From NCBI GenBank assembly GCA_004431415.1, contig QPMI01000161.1:124001-188000 (forward strand): a stretch of 64,000 nucleotides of DNA, given 5' to 3'. Shown here piece after piece: positions 39,764-52,936 of this stretch. The DNA comes from Cyanophora paradoxa CCMP329. Its lineage: Eukaryota > Plantae > Glaucophyta. How positions within the stretch are numbered: the stretch's first letter is position 1; each line of letters begins with the position of its first letter. The position numbers and the translations under genes are program-made. Below the pieces are notes generated by a model, which ran no database searches, had not been told where the DNA came from, and was given only the letters and a program-made list of their open reading frames with translations.

Positions 39764-41861
39764 ATGAAACATGCGATTGCGCTGGAGCAGCTGCACAGAG
39801 AGCGGCTCAACCGATTCGAGCGACGCGCCAGCATCCCCCTGTGCGACCCAGCTGGGCTGGTTGCCGAGCGTCGCTGACCGCCGCGCGGTTCGCAGCAAGG
39901 ATGTGCTAAACCAGTCCCTCAACGATGCAAGCCGCATCGAGTCTGATGACGAGTCGGACAACTCGGTGCGCAGCTCGTCGAATTCAAATGCTGCGCCGCA
40001 GGAGGCTTAGCTGCGCCGCAGGAGGACATTGAGGACGTGTACGAGGAGCTCGCCAAAAGCGAGCAGATCGTCGGGGTGAGCCGTGCAGCCGGCCCGGCGC
40101 CGCAGCCGGCCACCGACCTCCGCGCAGGGCCGCGTGGTCGTGAACTACTCGCCGGGCCGCCTTTCTAGGTCGCGCTCGCGCTCGGCGGCGCCTTCGGCGG
40201 CGGCGACGCCCCTGCGGCCGGCACCGACGCCGGTGCGGGCCGCGGCGGACCGCACGCCGTCGCGCTCGGAGGCGGGGCCGGCCTCGGCGCGGGGTGCGAG
40301 CCCGGGAAGGCGGCGGGCGCACTTCGCCGGGGACGACGGGTCGGACTCGGACGGCTTCCTGGACTTCGTGATGGAGCTGAACCGCAAGGCCGCCTCGTCC
40401 TCCTCGCGGCGCGGCTCGGGCGCCTCGGGCTCGGCGGAGTGGGCCGAGCAGGGGCGCGACGAGGAGGCGGCGTACCGGCAGGCCCTCCGCGACATCTACG
40501 GCGACGACCGCTTCCACGTCCTCTCCCACCACTCCCACCACACCCACGCCGCCCGCGCCCCCTCCCCGGGCCCGCCCGGGCCCCCCCACGCCTCCCCCTC
40601 CTTCCTCTCCGCCCCCGCCCACCGCTCGCCCGCCGCGAGCCCCCTCCGCGCCGCCCCCGACGAGTCCATCCTCGGGTACCGCACCGACGTGGGCCCGTCC
40701 ACCCCCCGCGGCTTCCCGTCGGCCGCCGAGGCGCTCTCCTTCGCGGCGACGGGCCGCCCGGCGCCCTCGCCGGCGCGGCCGCCCCGCTCGGCGGCGGCCT
40801 CGGCGGCCTCGCCGGCGGCGGCTGCGAGGGCGGGCGCGCCGGAGGTGGGCGCCGCGCTGGAGGAGATCCGCCGGCAGCTCTCCGACGTCGCCGCCCTCGT
40901 CCGCGAGCGCCGCCCCGCCCCCTCCCCGGCCCCCGCGCCCCCTGGGCCGAGCCGCCCGAGCCTCCCCGCGGACGCCCCGCACGCCCTTGGCGGCAGCGGC
41001 GGCGGCGGCCGCGCGCTCTGCGGCCGCCACGCCCTGGAGCGCGGCGTCGGCGGCGGCGTCGGCGGCGGCGGCGGCGGCGCGGGACCGCAGCAGGAGCAGG
41101 AGCCGCGGGCGCGACCTCAGCGGCCTGGAGCTGGGAAGCGAGCTCGGGGTAAGCAGCTCCAGGCTCCACGAGCACAGCCACAGCCACAGCCAGAGCTACG
41201 GCCAGGGACACAGGCACGGCTGCCGCGTGCACGGGCACGGGCAGGGGCCGGGGGAGGGGCGGGAGGGCCGCTGGCTGGAGCACGCGGAGCGGCACCTGGC
41301 GGCGAGCGAGGAGCGGCTGCGGCGCGCGCTGCAGCGCCGCATCGACGACGAGGCGCGCCGCACCGACCAGCGCTGGCGCAGGGTCCGCCCCTTTCCCCTT
41401 CTCGTCATCTCTTCCCCGCCCTCGCTCACGCGGGACGGGGCGGGGCGCAGCTGGAGGAGCAGGTGCGCAAGTCGGCGGAGGAGGCGGCGGCGGCGTGGCG
41501 CACGGGCGGGCGCGCTGCGCAGAGCCTCGAGCAGCTCGAGGCCTCCAACCGCCTCCTCCGCGCCGAGCTCGCCCGCCTGGCCCGTACCCCCCTCCCCTCT
41601 TTCCTCCGTTTTCGCCGTCTGACGCCCGCGCAGCAGCGGGCCATCGCGCGGGGCGGGCGCCCCCGGGCCGACGACGCCTCCCCCTCCTCCCCCTCCTCGG
41701 CGCCCCGCCGCCGGGAGCCCCCCTCGTACGCGTACGCGTACGCGTACCCCCCCGGGAGGAGCCCGCGGGCGGCCCGGGCCCGCGCCGGCGTCGCGAGGCC
41801 GGCGAGTGCGGGCCGCCCGGGGCGCGACTTGGGATCGAGCCCCCTGCGGCCCTGGTACTAG
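39764..41861 (+). CDS. Low-complexity / coiled-coil hypothetical protein, spliced
   Basis: Exons MKHAIALEQLHRERL|KDVLNQSLND|EDIEDVYEELAK|...ALEEIRRQLSDV...LEASNRLLRAEL, with canonical introns. Confidence 0.6.
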
Positions 41862-41886
41862 CCCGGATGTGTGCAAGAGCCCGTCC

Positions 41887-42122
41887 CAGAAGAGGAAGCC
41901 GGGTGGCAGGGGACGGGGAGGGCGGCGCGGAGGCGGGCGGCGGCGGCGCGGGCGGCGAGGATGTGGGGCTCGGGGGCGTCGAGGGGCAGGGGCCGGGGCC
42001 GGGGCCCGGGGAGGCCGAGGGCGTCGAGGGCGGCGGCGGCGGCGCGCAGGCCCGTCGCGGCGGCCTTCTCCTGGGACCAGGCGTCCTCCATGCGGGCCCC
42101 GCCCCGGACCCAGTCGCCGGCG
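41887..42122 (-). pseudogene. Inverted partial copy of the last exon of the desaturase-like gene
   Basis: Reverse complement matches about 31530-31766 (AGDWVRGGARMEDAWSQEKAAATG...) with a few substitutions, a 1-nt deletion and loss of the stop codon. Confidence 0.9.
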
Positions 42123-42590
42123 CCCCGCGAACTTCGGAATAAGTTTGAAGGCTTAATCCAGTGACTAGTAAATTTAATTCACGGTGAACTTAGAATATAT
42201 TGCAGAAGTATATAGCAAACAGAAGCCAACATGTACAGCCCTTATCCGGATCCTCGAGTTCGCGATCGAGCGATAAGAGGGACGAGTTCGGAGCGGAATC
42301 GAAATGTCCTGGCCTGCTACCGCCCGGGGCCGGCCGTCGCAGCCGGAGGCGGCCCGGGCGCTGCTCTAGCTAGCTAGGTCGCGAAAGTGGAGCGAATCGA
42401 AAGTTTATAGAGAGAAGCGGACTGGCTGGCGATCGCGTGTGGCGGCTCGGACCCGACCCGGGTCCTCTGGCCACCCGGCGCGCGGCGGCGGCCCGCTCAG
42501 TGCTGGGCGGTCTCCTCGGCGGCACCCTCCTCCTGGGGCGACTCCGACCTGATCGAGATGTAAAGTCCGGTTAGAAGCGGCCGGAAGCAC

Positions 42591-45227
42591 TCAGCTTGAG
42601 GGGAGGGCGCAGCGCGCACCGGCGGCGGCGGATGCGAACAGCGACGAACGCAACGGCGGCTTATCCGTGGTCAGTCAAACACGTGCACTCAAGAATCACG
42701 CGGCAACCGGGGATTCACGTACCGAGGAGGGCGGCGCCGCCGACGCCGCCGACGACGCCCGCGACGATGGGGACGGTGGGGACGGAGGCGGCGGCGGCGG
42801 CGGTCGAGCCGCCCTGCAGCTGCTGGCCGTCGCCGCCCGAGGGCGCCGGCGTGGGCGTGGGCGTCGGCGTCCCCGCCTTCCCGTCGTCGTCGCCCGGCTT
42901 CAGCGCGCCGGCCCTGGAGGCGGCGAGGTCGAAGGCAGGGCGAGCGGGCTCAGGCACGCGGGAGAAGGTGGAGCGCAGGGCGCACGGGGTGGGGGACGGG
43001 GTGGCGCTGGCCGTGGGCGAGGGCGTCGGCGTGGGGCACGTCGGGAGCTGGTCCGGGCGCTGGCCGGCCCCGCTCAAGGCTTGCGTGCTCGATTCGGCAT
43101 TCAAATTCAAATTTTCAAATTCGAACCTGGACGGCGCCGTTGAGGATGAAGTCGGCGGGGATGCCGTACTCGCCGTCGGCGCTCGCCAGGAAGGCGTTGA
43201 AGACCTGTCGCACGTTAAGCTGGATGCTATAGCTGGATGCCTGAGCCCGCGGCGATGCTGACCAGCGCACGGAGCTGCAGCGCCACCCGCTGCGCACGAA
43301 GGCGTGAGGGGGATGGGTAGTGCAAAGCATGGGCAGGGGGTACGGGGGTACCGTGAATATGACGGCGGTCTCGCCGCTTCCGCCGAGCGAGCGGCGGCCC
43401 TCGCGGATCGGGAAGACTGCGCGGCAGCGCGTCAGCGGGACGGAGGGGGCTGAGCAGGCGGGGGGTGCGGACACTGGGTGTCGTCGCCGAGGCTGAAGGG
43501 CTCGGTGCGGGTCACCTGCGGACGGAGGGAAAGCCAGCTTCATTCGAAGTGGGAGGGAGCATTTCGGAATAAAGTACGGTGGTGGTGGCGTTCTGGAGTT
43601 CGTCGAATACGCGGTCGAAGAACTTCTTGGCGCCCGTCAGCGAGATCGCCACTTTCTGCGCCCGTGGACCACGGCGCAGGTCAGATCAGATCCGAAGGAG
43701 GAGGAGGGGGGGGCTGCGAGGGAGACGATCCGGAGCGCACCGGGGGCTCGCACTGCGCCGCGAACGAGGTGGTGGGCGCTCAATTCGACTCTGTACCCCC
43801 GTCGCGGGGCGCGGGCTCGGGCTCGAACCTGGGTCGTGAAGTCGACGGAGAGGCGAAGGGAGGTGAGGGACATGTCTGGTGGCGGGCCTCAGAGCGGACG
43901 AGGAGCGGCGCGAGCGCTGGGCGCTGAGCGCGGGGCGGGGCGCAGCGGACCGAAGTAGCGCAGCGGGTCCGCGTTCGCCGCGAAGTTCTCGCACCTGCGC
44001 ACCCGAGCCGGCGTCAGGTGCCCGCTTCTGAGAGATTCGGAGGCGGCGATGGCGCACGTGATGACGGCGGTGTTGGGGAAGGAGATGCAGTCGCTGATCT
44101 TGCAGTAGGACGGCAGCGTGAAGTTCCCGCACCTGCACGCGCCGCCCCCTCAGAGGGCGCAAGGGGGGGGCACGAGGGGGAGCTCGGGGGGCGCGCTGGA
44201 GGTTGTCCTGGAAGCGTGAGAAGGCGGTGGCGGGGTTCATGGCGCCCGCCGTGGCGCTCGCGGGGGCGTCGATGCGGATCGCCCCCGAGCGCCCCACCGC
44301 CTGCACGCCCTGTTGGTGGAGGGGAGCCATGTGGGGTGGGCGGGGCATGGGGTCGAGCGAGCGCGGTCCCAGCGCGCGGCGCGGGGCGATCCAGGGCGCC
44401 TACTCCGCGTACGCACGATCGTCCCGTCGTCGGTCACGGCCTCCACCTGCCGCGCCGCGCCGCGCGGCGTCAGCTCCCGGAGTCCGCTGCACCAGGGCCG
44501 GCGAGAGGCGGCCGAGCGGCTCGCCTGGACGTAGTAGTCGTTGCCGCGGGGGATGTAGAGGGGGAGGGGCGGGGAGCTGTAGAAGCCCGTGTTCTGCGCG
44601 CCCGGCCGAGGCCGTGTCGGCTGGGCGGGGGCGCGCGCGGCCCGCGGCGGGAGTGGCCCACGGGGACATCCTTGCCGATGACGGCGTAGCTGCAGGCGCG
44701 AGCCGCCGCTCAGCGATCGCGCGCGCGAGCACGCGCACGCATTCCGGGCGCGCGCGGGCCGGGCTCACATGCGGTTCTCATAGAGGCTGCTGTTCCTCCG
44801 CAGCGTCAGCGTCGCCGTCTGGACGGTGTCGAAGGCTGCCAGACAGGCGTCAGGCGCGGATGCGGAAGGCGGCCGCCGCGCGGCCGGCGGGCGGCGCTCA
44901 CAAACGCCTGGTCCAGTCCACACAGAATACAGGCCTGCGCGCCGAACCAAGTGAGCGGGGGCGGGCCCGACGGGCCGGGCGCTCGATCGTTCCGGAATGT
45001 GGCCGCATGGCGGCGCGCGCGGGCGGAAGAGCGCAGCGCACCAGCGCCGGCCCACTGGACGTCTAGCCGCTCGTCAGCGACGCGAAGCGCTTGCGCGGGA
45101 TGGGGCGGGTGCGAGCGCGGAAAGGGCGCGGACCGCCTTGCCTTGGCGTGCTGATCGTATACGTCGCGGCGGATACTGCCTGGACGAGCGCGACGGCGAG
45201 CAGAAGAGAGACGGAAGCGCGCCGCAT
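42591..45227 (-). CDS. Type I membrane protein of unknown function (signal peptide, Cys-containing ectodomain, PT-rich stalk, C-terminal TM), spliced
   Basis: MRRASVSLLLAVALVQAVSA, PTPTPSPT stalks, VPIVAGVVGGVGGAALLG..AVAFVAVRIRRRR. Confidence 0.65.
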
Positions 45228-45815
45228 GGCGAAGCGCGGAATGCTGAGCTGAGCGGCCGCGTGCGGTGTGCGCGTGCGACTGGCGGCGCGTGCGGGGCGC
45301 GGCGGATGGCGGCTGCGCGGCGTCCCCGCTTAGCGAGCGGTCTGGGAGCGCTAGAATGGGACCGCGGCAGCTCGGAATGGGCTCACCTCGAAGGTCAGAC
45401 TGCGGGAATGGGGGGCTCGACTCGGCGAGCGACGTCGACGAGTGATTCGAAATGCCGACCCAAACGCGACTGTACCCCGCCTAGTCGACAGCCGTACCCC
45501 GCCACCCCTCAGCGCTGTACCCTCAGACAGCCCTGTACCCACGACAGCTGCAGCGACAGGGCTGGAACGTGCAATACGTGCGGTTTTCAAGTTTCAGGGC
45601 TGGAATGTGGTTTTTCGCTGCAGCTAGCGCTGGTCGCCGTGACTGAATTCTCTGACATTGGGCTGCACATGAATCAAAAAACATGCCGCAAATCGATATC
45701 AGGGGCTCAAAATTAAAATCTGTACAACATAAAGCCAGGAATCTTATATGGGTGAGGCCGGACTCCGGGATGCTCCCGGGGCCTCCCCCCGCAGGGCCCT
45801 GTGCGCCTCCCCGGG

Positions 45816-48800
45816 CTACCACCAGACGGGGCAGCGGTCGGCGACGCGGTTCATCTTCGAGGCGGCCGGGCAGTTGAACGCGTTCTGCGGCGCGCCGCGG
45901 GAGACGATGAGGCGGAGAGCGGCGGGGCGCACGGGGGATGCGTGTGATCACGAGGCGAGGGACCGACCTGGAAGGCCTGGAAGCCGCCGAGGGGCACGTT
46001 GCAGCGCACGGGGGGCGGCGAGTGCGGGTTGTCCCGCACCAGCGTCCTGCCCCGCCCAGCGATCAGCGGGGGATGCCCCGGGGGATGGCGGGTGGCGGGG
46101 AGGACCTGAAGTGGGCGGCGGTGGAGGCGAAGCACCACTGCTGGCCGTACGAGACGAAGAAGAACTGCTCGTCCGTGAGGCCCTTGAAGATCGAGGGGCC
46201 ATCCGGCCCCGCTGCCCCCGCGCCGCGTCAGAGGGGCGGCGAGGGGGGGCAGGAGGGAGGGCCGGGGCGGGGCGGACAGAAGCCCGGGGTGCCGCGGGAG
46301 GCGGCCTCGGCGGCGGCGTCGAGGTAGGCCCAGTACGTCAGCTGCCGCGGCGCGCCGGCGAGCGAGGTCGGAGTGGGGTCGGGGGGCGGCGGGGCGGGCA
46401 GGAGGGACCTGGAGGCCGCCCCAGTCGGCGACGTTCTCCCCCAGCGTGTTCGCCCCGTCCACGTAGAGCCCGGGGATCACCTGCGCGGCGCGTGAGGCCG
46501 GGATCGGGAGCTCGGGGGGCGACGGGGCCGGGGCGGACCTCGGCCTTGTTGTAGAGGTCGATGACGCACTTCTGCTGCTTGCGGTAGGCGGCGGCCACCT
46601 TCTTCGGCATCCAGTGCGCCAGCCGCCCCTCCGCGTCGTACAGCGACCCCTCCTCGTCGTACCCGTGCGTCACCTGCCCTCGTTCAAGCGCGCGAGAGCC
46701 GGGGGGGGGGAGGGGAGGGGGGGTAGGGGATCGGACCTCGTGGCCGACGGTCATTCCCGTGACGCCGAACTGGGCGGAGGGGGGGTACTCGGCGTCGAAG
46801 TCGGGGTTCTGGAGCTGCCCCGCCGGGATGACCTGCGGGGTGCACCGTCGAAAAGAGGGCGGGGGGAAGAAAGCGGAGGGGGGGGGGGGGGGGGGGGGGG
46901 AACGGCTGACCATGATGTTGGTGGGGTCGTAGTAGGCGTTCACCGTCGGCGGCGTCATCGTCCACCTGCGCGGGGCGCAGGTGAGGCGCGAGGTCGGAGG
47001 AGGTCGTTCTCGGGCCGACTCTCTTAAACGCGTTCGATCTACCCGTCTTCCGGCCGCGCAGGATAACACGACTATGGCTATGAGGGCCATCATCCCGAGT
47101 TCAAGCGAGGGGGGGAGGCGAGGGGCGCGGGGCGGGGAGCACCGGTTGAGGTCTGCGGCCTTGCCGACCTGGCGGATGAAGTCCACGTACTGGAACTTGC
47201 GCACCTGTCTCCCGGGGGCGCGGTCAGTCGGGGGCCCGGGGCGGGTCGCGGGGGGCGCGGGCGGGCCTTCATGGTGGACTCGACGAGGGCGTCGGCGGTG
47301 ATGTGCAGCGCGTCGAACGTCGGCCACCGCTCCGGGTACCCGATCTGCGCCCGCAGGCGGCCCCCGCCCGGGATCAGCGAGGGAGCGAGGTGGAGGGGCC
47401 GAGGGGCGGCCGCGGGGGCGCCGGCGCGCCATGTTCTGCATGTTGGCGAGCTTCTGCTTGGCCACGCCGATCGTGAACTCGTCCATCCACTTCACCTGCC
47501 GCCCCCGCGTGACCGTTTGGACGAGACGAAGCACCAGGAGTCTAGCCTGGCCTAGCGCAGCCGCTCGGCGCTGGGCGCGAGTGCGGGCGGCGGGGGCGAA
47601 GTGGAGCGGGGTGGCGCTGGGAGGCTGGGGTGGCGCCGCACCTCGTCGACGTGCTTGAGGAAGTTCTCCTTGATGCGGGCCACGATGCTCGTCGCCCCCG
47701 CCTTCTGCTCCTCCCCGAAGTGCTTCATCACCTGCGCGCAGCGCGGGGCAGCTGGTCGGCCCCCGCGCGCGCCACCCAGCAACCCAGCCAGCCAGCTAGC
47801 TGCCGCGGTGGCTCGACAGGGAGCGGGGGCGCACCCAGTAGTGGCCGAGGAGCTGCCCGATCTCGCTGTCGGCGAACTGGACGCACAGGAAGTCCCGCGA
47901 CTGCATCTGTCGGGCCCCGGCGTCGGCCCCGGAGCGCGCGGCGAGCCACCGAGAGGAGCCGGCGAGGCGCGAAGGGGCTCTGCTGCGGCTCTGGGGCGGC
48001 TGCAGAGAGAGGCGGACCTTCTCGGAGCCGTCGAGCACGTGCTGGAAGAACCACCAGTCCTCCTCTGCGCACACGCGAGGCATCTTGGTCAGACCCCAGC
48101 GAGCTAGAAGACACCCCCCTGCTCTACGCTTCACGCGCGCCGTCGATCCCTTCTTAGATCGGCTGCCACGCTTGGCGGCGTGTGAGGGGGGCGCCGGCGG
48201 GGGCGGGCGGACCGGCGATCTCCTTGGCCATGAACTGGGCGTAGCTGTGGACGACGTACCAGCGGAAGTAGGCCTTCACCTCCTCCGCCTTCGCCCTCGA
48301 GATGATCTGCCCCGCCCCCGCGCCCCCGCCGCTCACCCCGGGCGGACTGGAGGGCAGCGGATGCGGGGCGCGGCGGGGCGGGCGCACGCGGTTGAGCTTG
48401 TCGAGGTACTTGGGCGTGTCCGACTCGATGTCCTTCGCCTTGTCTGCCCCCCCGGGATGTGAGCAAGGCAGCGGAGAGCCCCGGCGCGAGGCCGCCCCAA
48501 GGAGCCGCCGGCGTCCCTTCTAGCCCTCCCTACGCCCCCGCCCCGGGGCGCCGCCCCGCCGCACCGTTGCCGGCCGAGGCGAAGAAGGTCTCCCAGGGGA
48601 TGTCCGGCGCCCGCGCCTTCAGCCCGTCCATGTTCAGCCGGTGGTACGCCTGCGAGCCCGCCGCCCGCCCGCGGTTAGCACGGCCGGCGAGGCGCGGGTC
48701 TTAAGGTGGCGCTGGTGAAAGCTAGGTCAGAGCATTTGTCTCAGCACTGCGTCCCACGGAGCGAGCGAGTAACTCGGAGCGCCTCCGCGGGGTCGCCGAG

Positions 48801-50529
48801 AGGGCGATCGTGGGGGCGGGGGCGGGGGCGGGCGGGGCGGGGGCGGACCTTGACGGGGTCCTCGTTGTCGACGTCGTCGCCGCCCCACGCCTTCGCGATG
48901 CGCGACTCCACCGCGATCGCCCTCTCCGCCGCCGCCCGCACCTCCGAAGAGCTCTTCGACTGCCGCACGCCGCGGGGCTCAGAGCGGGGCGCCGCCGGGG
49001 CAGCAATGCCCCCCCCCGGGGCGCGGACGAACCGATCCCTTGTACGAGTACATCATCATCTTGGAGACGTGCTTCTGGTAGAGCTCGAACACGTGGTCCC
49101 CCTCTGCCTCCTTGATCGCCTGCAGGAGGCGCCCCCGCGATTCGGCGGGGCGGGGCGGGGCGGGGCGGGGCGCATGGGGAGGCCGGCGCACGGCGTAGGA
49201 GCGGGGGCGGGGAGCGGGGGCGCCCCGCCCGATGCCCACGCCGCGCCTCTTCGCAAGCCTCTTCGCCTTCGCCCCCGGGCCCGAGCCGGCGCCCGAGTCC
49301 GAGTCCGAGCTCGCCGCCCGCGCCGCGCCATCCGAGCCCGCGTCCGAAGCCGAGTTCCACCACCTCTCCTCCCCGTCTTCGTCGTCGTACATGCTGCAGC
49401 GGGCCGGGTGCGCGCGCACGCGCGCGAGTGAGTGAGCCGTCGAAGCGAGGCGGGGCCAGCGGGCGCACTTGGGGTCGCCCGTTGCGATGCCGCCCTGGCC
49501 GATCTGGAGGAGGTACTTGTTCGGGTCCTTCGGATCCGGCGTCACGAGCATGTCGAAGAAGACCGGCACGCCGATGCTGCGCGCGCGCGGCTGAGCCGTA
49601 GATGCTCGCGTACAGGCGGGGCACTGCACGCGGCCGCACCTGTGCAGCTCGCCGGCGAGGGACATGATCGAGTTCAAATCGTTGATCGCGTCAATCTTCT
49701 CGAAGAGCGGCGCGAGTGGCGAGGCGCCTGCGCGACGCGCGGCCGGGGCCGGGGCTCAACCGCCGATCGGAACCGAGGGAGGCGGTCGAACGCGCACCGA
49801 GCTTGTCGATCGTTTGCGTGTCCATGCATGACTTGAAGTACTCGGTGAGAACCGGCCTGCGCCCCGGATGAGCTTCGCGCGCGCCAAGGGGACGAACAGT
49901 CGCCATGCACCAGTTGTCGTTGAGGATCTCCGTCAGCTGCTTGCGGATGCGCTTCTCGACAACGTTCTCGTTCATCCACCATTCATCCTGCACGCTCGGA
50001 GTCGGCGCGCGGGTCAGGGATTCACGTGGCTGCTGACGCACGAATCCCTTGGGTAGTTCGAACGTGTTCGAAAAGCCGCCGCATGCGTACCTGCGAGCGC
50101 AAGTAAGGCAAGCGCGAGAGCGCGATGCCGACGAGTGCCAGCGGCTGCGCGCGAGCGCACTGGTAGAAATCATCGCAAGGGTCGTGGCTGACGTTCATCG
50201 CCCCGAGCATGAGTTTCGCAAGATCGGACACCTTCGGAGTTAGGCCATCTGCAATTGTTGCGTTGGCGTTCAGGAGATGTCGCGTACGTCGCGCCCCCGC
50301 AAAGGGTCGCACCTGCGATCTCCTTCGGCTGGGGCCAGCTGCGGCCCCCGAACACGCGGATTACGGCATAAGCCTTCTCATGCGCCCAAGCCTGAGGTCC
50401 ATCCTTGTGCGTGGCCGCCAGAACGCCCACGAGGACGACTGCGATCACAGCTAGCGCCCCCGCGGCCGCCCGGATCGCCTTGCGTCGGCGGAGGACGCTC
50501 TCACTGTGAGCGTCTAAAGGAACGTACAT
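45816..50529 (-). CDS. M13 family zinc metallopeptidase (neprilysin/ECE-like), type II membrane, spliced
   Basis: N-terminal TM after RRRK, DPCDDFYQ|YACG, IGYP, VNAYY, GHE|VTHGYD (HExxH), TLGENVADWGG, HSPPPVRCN, AFNCP. Confidence 0.93.
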
Positions 50530-51131
50530 GCTAACTCGCCCGTCACGTGCTGAAGCTAGCTATAGCGCTCGCCCACCGCGCCCTTTCTGTGAAAGGCATG
50601 TACCCCCTGCGCACTTCATTCAAATTAGACGACGCGCGCGGCCGCGATGGCCGGCGCCGGCGCCGGCATCGAGCTCGCACAAATGCATGCGCCGAGACGG
50701 TTGGCCCCAGATATCGATGCAGGTGCACACGCGCTCGAGCTCCGCTCGGGAGCTCCTGCGGCCTCGCGCTTTAGGGCCGGGGGGCGCGCGCGCGTACACG
50801 TGCACGTGCGTTCATGATCATGCGCATGCACTGCATGGGCACGCGCATGCAGGTCTTGCAAATACATTGACTCGTAGATGTACATGCGTCTCTAAGTGTC
50901 AAGTGCTTCTTGAAATTTTCTGCAAAAAACTCAAAAATACATCGTAAAATGACGCTGTATAACCAACGCGGAGCGCTTAGTGTGAAGGGACGGCGGAAGC
51001 GGATGGGCAGAGGGATCCGGATCGAGGTGCGGGGCCGCGGGCGCACGTGGGAGTGACCGAGCAGGGGCAGAAGTAGACTCGGGGCAGATGTGGAAATAGC
51101 TATCGGGAGCAGAGGGCACGCGCGGGACGGG

Positions 51132-52936
51132 CTACTGGGCGAGGTGGAGTTGGTTGAGGTCGAACGTGACGCGCCCTAAGGAGGCCTGTCTGTTCTCGAC
51201 CGGGTTGTGCTGCGGCGCATCGACTCAGGAATGGCCAAGCGCAGTGATCGGGAGGGGCAGAGAAGGGGCGGACCCTGCGGTTCTGCTGTGGCGTGGGGAC
51301 GACGCCGCCTCCCGATGGGGCGTACTGCGGGCCGCCGCCGCCGCCGGGGGAGCCGCGGCCGGCGCCGGCGACGGCGCCGGCGAAGCCGCCGGAGGCGGGG
51401 CGGTCCATGGAGGGCTCGCGGTTGGCGGCGATGCCGCCGATGGCGGCCTGGAACTTGTTCATGGCGATGGCGGCGAGGATGCCCTTCTTGAAGCGGCGAC
51501 GCGCGTTGAACGAGCGCAGGTTCTCGATGATCGTCGGCGAGAGGGCCGTCTCCGCCGCCGTGTGGCCCTTGATCCAGGGGTGGTTCAGGCACTGCTCCGC
51601 CGTGTACCGCTTCGTCGGGTCCACCACCAGCAGGTGCCGGATCAGGTCCTTGGCCGACTCCGAGATCGTCGACCACTCGTCCGGCGGGAACTCGAAGTGC
51701 CCCTTGTACACCATCTTGAAGATCTCCTGGATGTTGTCCCCGTAGAACGGGTAGTACCCGCACAGCCTGCACCCCGGCCGTCATCGGAGGAAAGGAGAGA
51801 AAAGGGAAGGAAGGGGAGGGGTGGGAGGGGGGCGGGCGCACAGGATGTAGGTGATGACGCCGATGGACCACATGTCGCAGGAGGCGGAGTAGCCCTTGCG
51901 GGAGATGACCTCGGGGGCGATGTACTCGGGGGTCCCCACGATCCGCTGCACGACCTTGGCCGCCGGGCTGTCGTAGAACTGCGAGAGCCCGAAGTCGATC
52001 ACCTTGATCTCCGAGTGCTCCTCCCGCGTCGCGTAGATCAGGTTCTCCGGCTGCGCGGCGTCAGCCGCGCCGCCTGCGCCCCAGGCTGCTGCGGGGGGGC
52101 GGGGACCTTGAGGTCGCAGTGGCAGATGCCCTGGGAGTGGACGTGGTGCAGGCCCGACACGATCTTGCGCAGCACGCTCGCCGCGTCCCGCTCCGAGTAC
52201 GACCCCTTCTCCAGGATCCGGTCGAAGAGCTCCCCGCCACGCATCCTGTGCCGCCGCCGCGATGAATTCAACAAGACGTGTAAAACGTATAGAGCCGAAA
52301 CGATTGACGTAATGTTCACGATACTTAGGTGGGCCAGCGCAGCGTCGGTGGCCCCTCCCCCGGGAGGGCTGGGCGGGGAGGGGCGGCAGGAAGGGCGAAA
52401 AAAAGCGCACAGCTCCATGACGATGGAAAGTTCTCCGGGCGTCTCGAAGACCTCTTTCAGCTTCACCACGTTCGGGTGGTTCAGCCGCCGCATGATCCGG
52501 ATTTCCTGCGGCGGGCGGGCCTAAGCCGGGCCGGCCGGACCGGAGCCGCACGGGCGGGCGCTCTCACGGCCCGCCCCGCGGAGCGCGCACCTGCAGGATG
52601 TGCGTCTTGTTGTCCTCGAACGTTTTCCTCTTGATCTGCTTCAGGGCCCACTGCTTGCCGTTCTGCCGGTCGACCGCCACCTTCACCGCCGCGAAGCCGC
52701 CGCTGCGCGCTCGGGTAAATGCCTCGCGACGCCCCCCTTCGAACGCGGGCGACGGACCTGCCGAGCTGCTCCTGCAGATCATACTTGTCCTCTATGCGCT
52801 CGAGCTTCGGGATGTCGACGCGCTCTTCCCACGGCGTCGACGCAGGATTGTACGCAGGCACTGCAGCATGGGCCGCCGAGTATCCTCCGCCAGTCTGCGG
52901 GGCTTCGCGCCGCGTTGACGGCTGTCCTCCCCCCAT
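51132..52936 (-). CDS. Ca2+/calmodulin-dependent protein kinase (CaMK1-like), spliced
   Basis: LG|[32 protein letters not shown]|[25 protein letters not shown], autoinhibitory/CaM-binding [11 protein letters not shown]. Confidence 0.92.

Noticed and set aside
52261-52330. AT-rich insert in a CaMK intron (similar one at about 63030-63110 in METTL14)
   Set aside because: No clear boxes, TIRs or TSDs, so it cannot be assigned.
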